The notes under the pieces: model-generated
Databases searched by the model: none
Told to the model about the DNA's origin: nothing
The model's input: only the letters and a program-made list of their open reading frames with translations
Made by a program: the position numbers and the translations under genes
Origin: Candidatus Altimarinota bacterium
GTDB taxonomy: Bacteria > Patescibacteriota > Gracilibacteria > BD1-5 > UBA2023
Assembly (NCBI GenBank): GCA_043756665.1
Contig: JAYUQR010000056.1
Location: 1-35,999, forward strand
Direction: 5' to 3'
Length of the DNA stretch: 35,999 nucleotides
In this document: positions 19,178 through 28,254 of the stretch, in pieces
Numbering within the stretch: the stretch's first letter is position 1
How the letters are laid out: each line of letters opens with the position of its first letter

Positions 19178-20392
19178 ATGTTTCGTTCTGATTTCCCTAT
19201 TTTTACATCTCATCCAGATCTCGTCTATCTCGACTCTGCATCGACGACCCAGAAGCCTCGACATGTCATCGACGCCATGTCGAATATGCTTGAGGAGTCC
19301 TATGCCAATATCCATAGAGGCTCCTATGATCTCTCCGAAATGGCGGAGGCATATTATGAGTCCTCGAAAGAATCAATCGCAAAGCACCTTGGTGGTGTTT
19401 CTCGACATGAAATTATCTATACCTATAATGCAACATATGCATTTAATTTCCTCACACGATCCCTCATAAAATCGGGAATACTCAAATCTTGAGATCATGT
19501 CCTTCTCTCACTCGCAGAACACCATGCGAATATTGTACCATGGCAGATCCTTGCCGAGGAGTATTGAATCATCATCGACTGGATTGATCTCCATCCTGAT
19601 GGAACGATTGATTACGATTCACTCGAACGACAGCTCCCTCAGGCGAAAGTCCTCAGTATTACTGGTGCCTCGAATGTGACGGGTGAAGTATTGGATTTAG
19701 AAAGAGTGAAATTGATAATTGATAATTCAAAATTCAAAATTCAAAATAATGGAATCTTTATCTTCGATGGCTCCCAAAGGTTCCCGCATATGGAGACGGA
19801 CGTACGGAAGTATGGGATCGATTTCTTCATCGCCACAGGCCACAAGGTGATGTCAGACACGGGAATAGGATTTTTCTATGGGAGAAAGGATCTCCTGAGG
19901 ATGATGGAGCCAGCATTCTGTGGTGGGTGAGCGATCAACTCAGTCACGCGAGATGGCTATGAGGCAGCCGGACTTCCTCACAGGTTCGAGCCAGGAACAC
20001 CACATATTGTCGGTGCTCGGAGTCTCCTCGCTGCACTTGAATATATCGAGTCAATCGGAGGTTTTGAAGCGATAGAAAAATATGAACGAGCACTCACAGA
20101 ATATGCGCTCGAACAATTTATAAAGTTCCCCCCAAGTATTCGACTACTCGGTTCAAAAAACCCCGAGCATCGACTCGGAGTATTTTCATTTGTGTTTGAG
20201 GATAAACATCCAAATGATGTTGCTGAGATACTTGCCGATGCAAATATCTGCGTCAGGGCAGGGCATCACTGTACTGATCCACTGCATCAATTTCTCGGTA
20301 TCCCTGCATCTCTTCGGATGAGTCTCTATATCTATAATACGAGGGAGGATGTTGATGTATTTTTCGATGCAGTTTTGAAGATTGTTGAGTAG
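19178..20392 (+). CDS. sufS: Cysteine desulfurase, SufS/CsdA family
   Basis: FPIF...VYLDSASTTQKP..VIDAM...YANIHRG...ITGASNVTG...ATGHKV (PLP lysine)...RAGHHCTDPL (catalytic Cys loop)...RMSLYIYNT. Joins track ORFs 19178-19492, 19676-19930 and 20192-20392 through three UGA codons. 404 aa. Confidence 0.9.
19711..19745 (+). repeat. Heptanucleotide tandem repeat (attgata x2, attcaaa x3) inside sufS
   Basis: attgata at 19711 and 19718; attcaaa at 19725, 19732 and 19739. Encodes LIIDNSKFKIQN, which looks like an insertion relative to my recollection of SufS. Confidence 0.85.
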
Positions 20393-20460
20393 ACTAAAAT
20401 CTCTTTATCGGAGTGACTATTACAAGTAGTACAAGGATGTGCGTATACTTCAAAACAGGG

Positions 20461-20874
20461 TTATAGGTATCTTGCAGTAAGAATATCACTAAAATCCTCC
20501 TTCAATCCATCCTGATAATATTCATGAATGGCGTTCTTGATCGCGAGGAGGCCGATGAGCGAGGCATACCGTCGACGTGGGGATATATCGGTTCCGATAT
20601 GTTCATGGACGAATGCTTCATCGAGCTTCAATATCTCCGCTATGTTCCATCCTAAGAGGAGCTCTCCCGTGATCGAGACACAGGCAGTGGCGATGATCGA
20701 CATATATCCATCGAAGGAAAATTCCACGAGAAGATTATCCTGAAGTACGAGAAATACCTCGACCACATCGGCACAGACGCGATTAGATTCTCGGTAAAGG
20801 ATACTTGCATGTTCGATGATCCCCTTATTAGGAGGATTCTGTGAATATTCTATGATAAGATCTTGGGAAGACAA
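20461..20874 (-). CDS. SufU/IscU-like Fe-S scaffold homolog, ligand-degenerate
   Basis: IIEYSQNPPNKGII...NRVCADVVEV...ISPRRRYASLIGLLAIKNAI follows the SufU pattern (Y..P.n.G...np.CGD...R.kCa.L...al). The Cys positions corresponding to B. subtilis Cys66 and Cys128 read Y/M and Y. The only start in the track is TTG at 20874. Confidence 0.6.
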   Translation of the reverse strand: MSSQDLIIEYSQNPPNKGIIEHASILYRESNRVCADVVEVFLVLQDNLLVEFSFDGYMSIIATACVSITGELLLGWNIAEILKLDEAFVHEHIGTDISPRRRYASLIGLLAIKNAIHEYYQDGLKEDFSDILTARYL

Positions 20875-20916
20875 GGATGATAATTTATAATTAACAATTA
20901 ATAATTTACAATTCTG

Positions 20917-21918
20917 TTAGTGGTGTCCATGAGTATTATCATGGTGACTGACGGGAGGAATATGATCGTCATGACCATGATTCTGATTTTTGTGTGCATC
21001 ATGGCTAGGTGTATCATGGTGGCCATCTTCGGCATCTTCTTTTTTGCACCACATATATGCCTCATACCATGTTGCTTCGATAAATATTTCCAGTGTCGAA
21101 TTCAGGTGGACAATCACGAGGAAAAACAGGAGTGCGAGTATACCAAATACCGTGAGAAAGAAGAGCTTCAAACCCATGACACTAAAAAATGCGATAATAC
21201 TCGAAGCCAGAAATGGAAGGACGAGAAAAAAAAGTGCGACGATAATCGTACGAAGATAGAGGAGGATCATCGTATAATAGAGTTGGAGTGTGATATTGAT
21301 ATGACGTACTGCCATCCCGGTTGATGCAGCCAGTGCTGCTATAGTGGTCTTTCCCTCGAAAATGATGAACATTTTCGTATATGAAAAACACATGTTCAAA
21401 AAGAATGAAAAAATGAGATAGACAGCCATGATATACGAAATGGGTTCGAAATAGTTATTTCCGAATATTCGCAAAAGAAGGATATATGATGTGATGATGG
21501 CAAGTGGTCGAAACACCGCCACGACATTGTGTGCTTCAAAGAGGGGGAGAAAGTGTCGAAAACCGTCAAAAATTCACTGAAAGGTGCGGTGATATTTTTT
21601 TCCATCACTTTTTCGATACGAGTGTATCATTTCTATGAGTCCTCATTCTGCGAGAGGAGCTATGAGCATATAGAGAAGGAAAATACAACCCAGTCCGATC
21701 AGAACCTCGAAGAAATAGTCTTTGTGTACAAAATTCGCCAGAGCTTCGAAAAATTGATCCTTTTTCTTAAATATGATAACATATGTAAAGGTTACCTGAT
21801 AGAGAAGAATGAGAAACAACCAAAGCATCCCTATAAGTGAAGGGATAAAATTCAGTTTCTTGAGCGAATGAAATCGCGTGATGAGCTCCCATGCGGAGAG
21901 AACGATCGATTCTTTCAT
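20917..21918 (-). CDS. Polytopic membrane protein with His-rich C-terminal tail
   Basis: Joins track ORFs 21643-21918 and 20917-21522 (same frame) through UGA at 21643-21645 and 21574-21576. Multiple hydrophobic segments. The tail is EDGHHDTPSHDAHKNQNHGHDDHIPPVSHHDNTHGHH. 333 aa. Confidence 0.6.
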
Positions 21919-21939
21919 AATTTTTTCGAGTTTTTGAAC

Positions 21940-24078
21940 CTAGGGAAATGGCTGACTCCAGATCCATCCGAAGAATGAGAAGAATCATTTCCCCGTCATA
22001 TTCAGCATATAGACGTCTTTGATGCTCGCAGTAGCGAGGACTGTATGGAGTGTAGAGATATCCTGAAAAATCGGTACCTGTTTGATTCACTTCAGATTCT
22101 TATCGATATAGAGACTATGGATGGGACTCGAGAGCGGGATGAAAAATGCTTCAGATTCTATGTATCCGATAATATCATTTTGTATTTGGATAGTTTTCTC
22201 TTTGGTTCCTGCTATGCGGAGCTCGGCAAAGAGAGCATCGAGTTTTTTACTTTCGATTTTGGAGAAATTGATACCATTTTTTGCTTCTGTTGAGAGGAAT
22301 ACCTGACCCGCACGCGAGAGACGACCATTTGCCTCGAATCCTATGATGATCATATCATAGTTCTTATTTCATGACTCGAGCATTTTCTGAAGATCTTTTG
22401 TGGAAATGGGAACCAGTTTACTTCGTATACTGAGGTTTTCGAGTGCACTTACCACAGACTTTGCGTATTTTTCGAGTGTTTGAGGATCATCCTTATATGC
22501 TATAGTGAGCTCAAATGGGAGATTTTTCTCATTAAAATAATAACGTGGATCAAGGAGCTTGAGCTCTTCTTTCTTTTTCTCATTTATTTTCTTTCTCTGG
22601 GCTATCTTTTCTGGAACATTTATCTCACTCAGAAATGCCGAGTCGATACTCTCTCGAATGGATATGAGAGAACCAGAGTCTGTAGAGTAATAGATTGTCA
22701 GAATATCTTTTGATGCTCTACTTCATACCAGATCTTCTGTTGATAGTGAGTATGTATTCTTTCATTCCTTGAGTGTCCCATTGACTACACTTACCCGATA
22801 CCCGAATTTCGTATTTCCAGCACGGTATTCTTGGAGTTCGTAGTCATTAATAAATACTTTTTGCGTATTTTGCGGGATATTTCCTGAGAGGAGGATTTCA
22901 CCTTGTGCGATTTCTGTAAAGAATATTTTTTTATTCGTCGGGAGAGTGAAATATTGGTTCGTACCATAGTTGATACTCGATCCAGTGAGGAGTCACGTAT
23001 TTTGATTGAGAATAGCTATAGACTCATCGGGTTTCCAGTATCACCGAGATCGCATCATATCACTCAGTGATTTCTCCAGTTTGATTCCTGTTCCATTGCG
23101 TTCGATTCAGAATATATTTTTCACAGGAAGCTCGCTCTTGTCGATACTGCCTGAAAATACCTCCACGAGTTTTCCATAGAGTTGTTGACGTACTTCCCGA
23201 GTGAGGGTATCAGTATTCATAAACAGTGAGATATATTCATACATCGTATATGTATATCCATCGAATCGAGGTCAGAGTAAGAGCTTTTCATTTTTTACTG
23301 GCGGGATAATCACACTCAGATTATCTGTACTGCGTTCGAGTGATACGAGATCAGGGAAAAATAAAAAATGGTATTTATCGAGCCATCATTGTCCGCCATT
23401 TTTCTCATCACGCTCGATGGTAACACGATCATATCCATACTCGGTATTTTTCTCTCGTTTACTGAAAGTATATGGTCATGACGTGATATACCCATCTGCA
23501 CTGATTCGTCCGGTCTTGATCCGTTCGAGCATATCTGAGCGTACGATCGGATAGGTCATGAGATCGAGGATCATCGAATTTTTCTCCTTTGATGTGATTT
23601 CTATTTTTCCATCGGCCCTGGAGATCACACTGACTCCTTTCAGAAAATTTCACATCTTATCCCCGACAGTTATAGCACGAAATGTCTGGTATGTCGCAAT
23701 GATATCTTCTGTCTGTATTCTTGTTCCATCTGACCAGAACTGGTCTTTTTTGATCTCACAGATAATCTTCGAGAGATCCCGGATATCACAATTCCCGATA
23801 TCACCCTGATATTCACCACTGAGGGCATCATAGGTGATCATGGGCCTATAGAGGAACCGGAGGATCATATCATGATACTTGTCTTTCGTATATGCGAGTG
23901 GATTCGGGACCTCTGGTGCAGTTCAGACGATCCCTATATTGATGCTCCCACCACGCTCACCCACAGACATACCTCCTTCATATATATAGACTCAGATGAG
24001 GTGTGTGAGGAATATCAGGCCAATGATGGAGGCAAAAAAAATTATTTTTCTGCGAAGTGTACTATAGTTCAGTTTCAT
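21940..24078 (-). CDS. Extracellular solute-binding protein, family 5 (peptide/nickel ABC type), N-terminally anchored
   Basis: ATG 24078, TAG 21940-21942, 712 aa, about 14 in-frame UGA. N-terminal hydrophobic anchor IIFFASIIGLIFLTHLI. LRFLYRPMITYD...CEIKKDQFWSDGTRIQTEDIIATYQ resembles the SBP_bac_5 core (l..l..yd....f.Lr.gvkwsDG.p.ta.Dv..s). Unites track ORFs 23650-23868 and 22087-22353. Confidence 0.7.
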
Positions 24079-24147
24079 AATGGTGAATCTTCTCAAAGGA
24101 CTATTTCTGGTTAGAAATAAGTAAAGTATTGAGAGATTTCAGGTGTT

Positions 24148-24378
24148 TTATCCGATAAAAAAAGCGAACATAGATGCAGCAATAAATAAGGATATAACCC
24201 CAATCGTGAGAGTATGGAGGATCTTTTCTGGACCACGTCTCTCGAATTTCCCAAAATCATTCGAATTCGGGACAATAGAGAGACCTGAACCTTTCGCTTG
24301 GATCATAACCAGGAGGATAACAGAAACGGAGAGAATAGAGAGGAGGATTGTCATAAAAATATTGATAAAATCGCACAT
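24148..24378 (-). CDS. secG: Preprotein translocase subunit SecG
   Basis: 76 aa with two TM segments: ...ILLSILSVSVILLVMIQAKGSGLS...FGKFERRGPEKILHTLTIGVISLFIAASMFAFF. This is the typical SecG pattern (LlQ.gKG.Gl......rg....L.k.T). Confidence 0.75.
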   Translation of the reverse strand: MCDFINIFMTILLSILSVSVILLVMIQAKGSGLSIVPNSNDFGKFERRGPEKILHTLTIGVISLFIAASMFAFFIG

Positions 24379-24383
24379 ATACT

Positions 24384-24854
24384 ATGAAATTTTCCACTTT
24401 TTGCAAATTTTTGGCTTTTTTCATAATATATGGTATGCTTCTCGTATCTTTTCTTATCCTTATGTTCCGTATATTCTCCATCATATTGTTGAGTTTGACT
24501 CCTCTGGTTATGCAGTCATATGCTGCATGTAATAATGACCTCACGAAGTCTGATTTTACTATCTGTACTGGACTCCTGAATCCACTTCCTGGAGCAGGTG
24601 AAGGTTCTGATGCCAAGTGAGTCGGGGCACTTCTCTATATCCTGGGGAAGATCGCAGATATGCTCCTCTTCGCTATCCCCCTGATCGCCGGGATTTCCCT
24701 CATCATCGCAGGGTACTACTATATCCTCTCGAGTGGAAATACTGAGAAGGCGACTCAGGCAAAGGTGATTATCAAGTGGAATATCGTCGCTATGCTCGTC
24801 GCATTTCTCTCCTATACCATGGTGAATCTCGTTCTCTATATTCTGAAACTCTAA
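24384..24854 (+). CDS. TrbC/VirB2-like T4SS-pilin-family small membrane protein, paralog 1
   Basis: Joins track ORFs 24384-24620 and 24660-24854 through UGA 24618-24620. N-terminal signal/TM, then ...LLFAIPLIAGISLIIAGYYYILSSGNTEKATQAKVIIKWNIVAMLVAFLSYTMVNLVL. This is a two-TM hairpin with a conserved S-G-x-x-E-K-x-x-x-A-K loop. The start could also be an internal Met, since ATG 24384 is only 5 nt from the divergent secG ATG. Confidence 0.65.
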
Positions 24855-24857
24855 TCA

Positions 24858-25205
24858 ATGTTTATGAAAAGATTCTTCTTCGCATCCTTTATCATATTGT
24901 TCTATATCGAGCAGTGTGTCGCCCTATACGATCTCAAGCTTCCCGAAGGGATAACTTCGAATCAGATCGTAGAAGTGAAGAATCCGATGACATTTCTCTG
25001 AAATCTCATCGCTTATGCGATCGGTATTGCAGGAGTCCTCGCTGTGATCGGTGTGACTTGGTGAGGCATACAGATGATCCTCTCATCGGGTGAAGATGAG
25101 AAGATGAAGAAGGCACGATATATCCTGATCTACTCACTGATCGGTGTCCTCGTCGCAGGTCTCGCATATGGAGTCGTCGATGTTGTATCGAGATTTAGAT
25201 TCTAA
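24858..25205 (+). CDS. TrbC/VirB2-like T4SS-pilin-family small membrane protein, paralog 2
   Basis: MFMKRFFFASFIILFYIEQCVA (signal)...FL(G)NLIAYAIGIAGVLAVIGVTW(G)GIQMILSSGEDEKMKKARYILIYSLIGVLVAGLAYGVVDVV. 115 aa. TAA 25203-25205. Missing from the track as a single ORF because of two UGA codons. Confidence 0.75.
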
Positions 25206-25213
25206 TACTTTCT

Positions 25214-25543
25214 ATGAAATACCTCCTTTCCCTTATCGTACTCATCCCAATACATCTCTTTGCTGTTCCGAGTACTGAGATCTCACCAGAGGGTGGGCTC
25301 GGTCTTGCTGGATGGACCCTGAGTCGATTCCTCTCGTATGCTGAGGAATTTCTCCTCAAGGCAGTCCTTCCGATTACAGTCGTCGGAGTAGCACTCTATG
25401 TCGGATATCATCTCGTCACGGCTGAGTGAGATGAAGAAAAGATGAAAAAAGCATTCAAATCCCTTACCTACTCCTCTATCGGACTCATTGCTGTTGCTTG
25501 TGCGTATGCATTTGTCCGAGTGATCGCGAGCCTCTCTCTCTAA
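25214..25543 (+). CDS. TrbC/VirB2-like T4SS-pilin-family small membrane protein, paralog 3
   Basis: MKYLLSLIVLIPIHLFAV (signal)...AVLPITVVGVALYVGYHLVTAE(G)DEEKMKKAFKSLTYSSIGLIAVACAYAFV. UGA 25427-25429 aligns with GGT 25088-25090 of paralog 2. 109 aa. Confidence 0.75.
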
Positions 25544-25553
25544 TTTTTTTTCT

Positions 25554-25973
25554 ATGAAGTGACTCTTCTCCTGTATTCTTCTGTGCATATCCTCAATTTT
25601 CTTTGTATCGAATATTTTTGCAGCTCCTATTGGTTGTAATATAGAGAAAATCAATGCTGGGACATTCTTGAAAAACTGTGGAGCTGGTACTGCTTGAATC
25701 CAGCCAGGTGGTGGTGATGGAAAATCAGGAGTAAAAGAACGAGTCAAGACAATAGCAGAAACGGCTATAGCGTTCGGAGCACTCCTCGCCGTTGCCATGC
25801 TCGTCTGGTCAGGAATACAGTATACGATCACGTATGGTGAGGATGAGAAGATCAAACATGCGAAAACGACAGCTGTCTATGCTCTGATCGGACTGATTCT
25901 GATGATGGCATCATTTTGACTCGTGGATGTCTTTCTGAGCTTTATATTCACTGCCTGAAGTTGAGGTAAATAA
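25554..25973 (+). CDS. TrbC/VirB2-like T4SS-pilin-family small membrane protein, paralog 4
   Basis: MK(G)LFSCILLCISSIFFVSNIFA (signal)...AIAFGALLAVAMLVWSGIQYTITYGEDEKIKHAKTTAVYALIGLILMMASF. 139 aa, five UGA, TAA 25971-25973. The 190-aa minus-strand ORF 25283-25855 is its antisense shadow. Confidence 0.7.
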
Positions 25974-25984
25974 TTGACCGATCT

Positions 25985-26659
25985 ATGCGTTACCTCGCCA
26001 TTCTCCTCTTTGCGATGATATCTCTTTCTCCTGTTTTTGCAGGGAAGGGGTATATCGTGAATACGATTGGGAGTTCTCAGAATAGTGTTTCTCGGAAGAA
26101 ACTCATCCAGGAAGTACTCGATACTAAAGTGATGACTTTCCAGTATAGTGCCCTCTCCATCCTCATCGATGCGAATCAGGTTGAACCGAGAGGGAAGATG
26201 CAGTGACACACTATCACTCTCTCTGCTACAATAGCAAAAGAGAGTGAGTTTCTCAAGCTCCTCATCCATGAGCTCGGACACTATGTGGATATCTATTTTC
26301 TCATCACCAATTCCCTTAAGTCAGATGCTTCCAGTAGATTCTATGATATTAGTTGGGTCGATATTTCGACGAAGAGGTCCAATGAAACGCTCACGAGTTT
26401 TGTTTCTGGATACGCATCCTCGAATAGGTATGAGGATTTTGCTGAGTCTTTTGTATTCTATATATTTCATAATCGAGAATTCGCAGATAGGGCTATGAAG
26501 AATGATTCCCTGAGACAAAAGTATCTTTTTCTCTCTGAAAATATTTTTCCAGACTGAAATTTTATTGATACTGATTTCCGTATTGGGAAAATGCCGAACT
26601 ATCTCTGGGATACGACGAAAATCCCGATATCAGTAAAAAAATATTTGTATTCTCTCTAA
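25985..26659 (+). CDS. Secreted HExxH protein (putative zinc metallopeptidase)
   Basis: MRYLAILLFAMISLSPVFA (signal). HELGH at 26267-26281. Downstream YEDFAESF could supply the third ligand. Joins track ORFs 25985-26206 and 26285-26557 through two UGA codons. TAA 26657-26659. 224 aa. Confidence 0.65.
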
Positions 26660-26873
26660 TACTTCATATAATAGAGTTTATTATTGGTATATATATCTCT
26701 GTGAATGATATTCTTAGAGATTTGTCGATCAAATCCAAAAAATTGCTCTGCGTATATTACATGGAATGGTTCTCTTCGAGAGAAGGACATTTCCACGATA
26801 CTGTATCTAGAGAAATTATTCTGGTCTAACCCAATCTTTCACGAGATTTTTATATTCTTTCCTGTCAATATTT

Positions 26874-28118
26874 ATGTGACTTATTTTTGGTGATACTGAT
26901 GATATTCTGTTCTGATGAACTCCTCTCCCTCGCGAAGATGTTCGAGAGAAATTTCCCCCATCTCCGACTCGAGTACACTCACCCTTGCCTGTTCGGACTC
27001 CGTCCGTAGTTTCATCTCCTGTGTCACAACCGCCCCTCCAGAGAAGAGCTTCTCCTGTTCAACAAGCTCCAGCTCCTATTCCACGAGAGATCGAGGGCTG
27101 ACTCCGCAAACTGGTAGAATCGATGAAATCTACATTTTTTCCTCAGGGGAACGACGACTCTCTGAGGGTATCGATTCTCTCAGCTTCCACGATACGAGAT
27201 CCATTTATTATCCTTCGATCTTCTGAGGGGACACTCTTGTTCGGTACAGGATTCTCTCAGGTCTCTGCTTGAGGAAAAAGCTATCCATCATTCCCAGATA
27301 TGAGACTTCCCTATAGTGAAAAAGACCGATTGACAGGGTGGGTTCTTCTCGAGACTGGATTCGCCATAGCCCCATTTCAGATGATTCTCGAATTACTCGG
27401 ATTCCCTCATGTATATGCAACAAGAGAAGTTATTGCGTATATTCGTGATACCATAAAAGATAGTGTTTTTCTCGATCGATGTCGATTCTTTGAGCTTTTT
27501 TCTCCAGGTATCTCCGATCGGAAAATAGGGGAGTACCTCCTTGAAGATATATCTTGAGGTATCATGCTGTCTGCGTGAACGAATGGATTTTTCCTCCCAA
27601 AATCCGGGATAGTCCAATCGACTCAATCGGGCATGACACTCATACAAACCGATTCTGGATATAGCTTTGTATGAGCTGATACCCTTGCATTTGTTTCTGG
27701 AGAGATCATCGATCTCCTGAAGACAAAGGCATCGAAACATTCTCTCAAATTTACTTTTGATACATTTTATATCGATAAAAATTCTATTGGCGTCGCTGCA
27801 GGATACACTCTCTGAGATCGTGAAATCCTTGCTGAAAATGGTGTACTTACCTTTGTCATCGAAGAAGATGTCCGTGCACGAGCGATTATCTGACATATTT
27901 TTATCGATTCTCGTGGATTCGTCCACTCGCATGAGATGATGACAGTTCACAAGGAGATCCTGAAATGAATCCGCTATACCTATGAACAGACTATACTTGC
28001 GAATAATCGCATCGAACGATCAGAACTTGTTCATATGCTCCGTCGTGAACTCACGAAATATTGCTATCTCGTAACCGGGAGAACCCCGGTCGTGATGCCA
28101 GTGATTATAGAAAGGTAG
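26874..28118 (+). CDS. RNase J-like paralog lacking the metallo-beta-lactamase His motif and the beta-CASP domain
   Basis: Frame 0, open with UGA as sense, contains track ORF 27300-27557. It aligns to the canonical rnj downstream: DSLRVSILSA / ETLRVIPFGG; TLLFGTGF / MIIVDMGIQF; WVLLETGFAIAP (27342-27374) replaces ITHGHIDHIG; PHVYATREVIAYIR / TPLYATPMAYELIK. The C-terminal domain is canonical: GVLTFVIEED...IFIDSRGFVHSHE...LRRELTKYCYLVTGRTPVVMPVIIER. TAG 28116-28118. The start is ATG 26874 (Pro-rich extension) or ATG 27123. Minus-strand ORF 27393-27950 is an antisense shadow. Confidence 0.6.
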
Positions 28119-28254
28119 ATATAGTGCATAGGCATAGTGCATAGAATGGAACCTTTGTTTTTGTCATTTCGAACGAAGTGAAACACCTGCCGGAAAGACG
28201 AATTGACACAGAATGCAATATCAGAAATTTTCAAATTAATAACCAAATACATTT

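Noticed and set aside
25283-25855. 190-aa minus-strand ORF
   Set aside because: It lies antisense to two of the four tandem pilin-like genes, which are supported by mutual paralogy on the plus strand.
26705-26893. 62-aa plus-strand ORF upstream of the RNase J-like gene
   Set aside because: No recognisable features. It overlaps the preferred start region of the RNase J-like gene in another frame, and several frames are open here because the local sequence lacks TAA/TAG.
27393-27950. 185-aa minus-strand ORF (Cys/Ser/Arg-rich); also 27208-27423
   Set aside because: The plus strand in frame 0 gives a clear RNase J C-terminal domain (SRGFV, RTPVVMPVIIE). The minus-strand translation has antisense-like composition.
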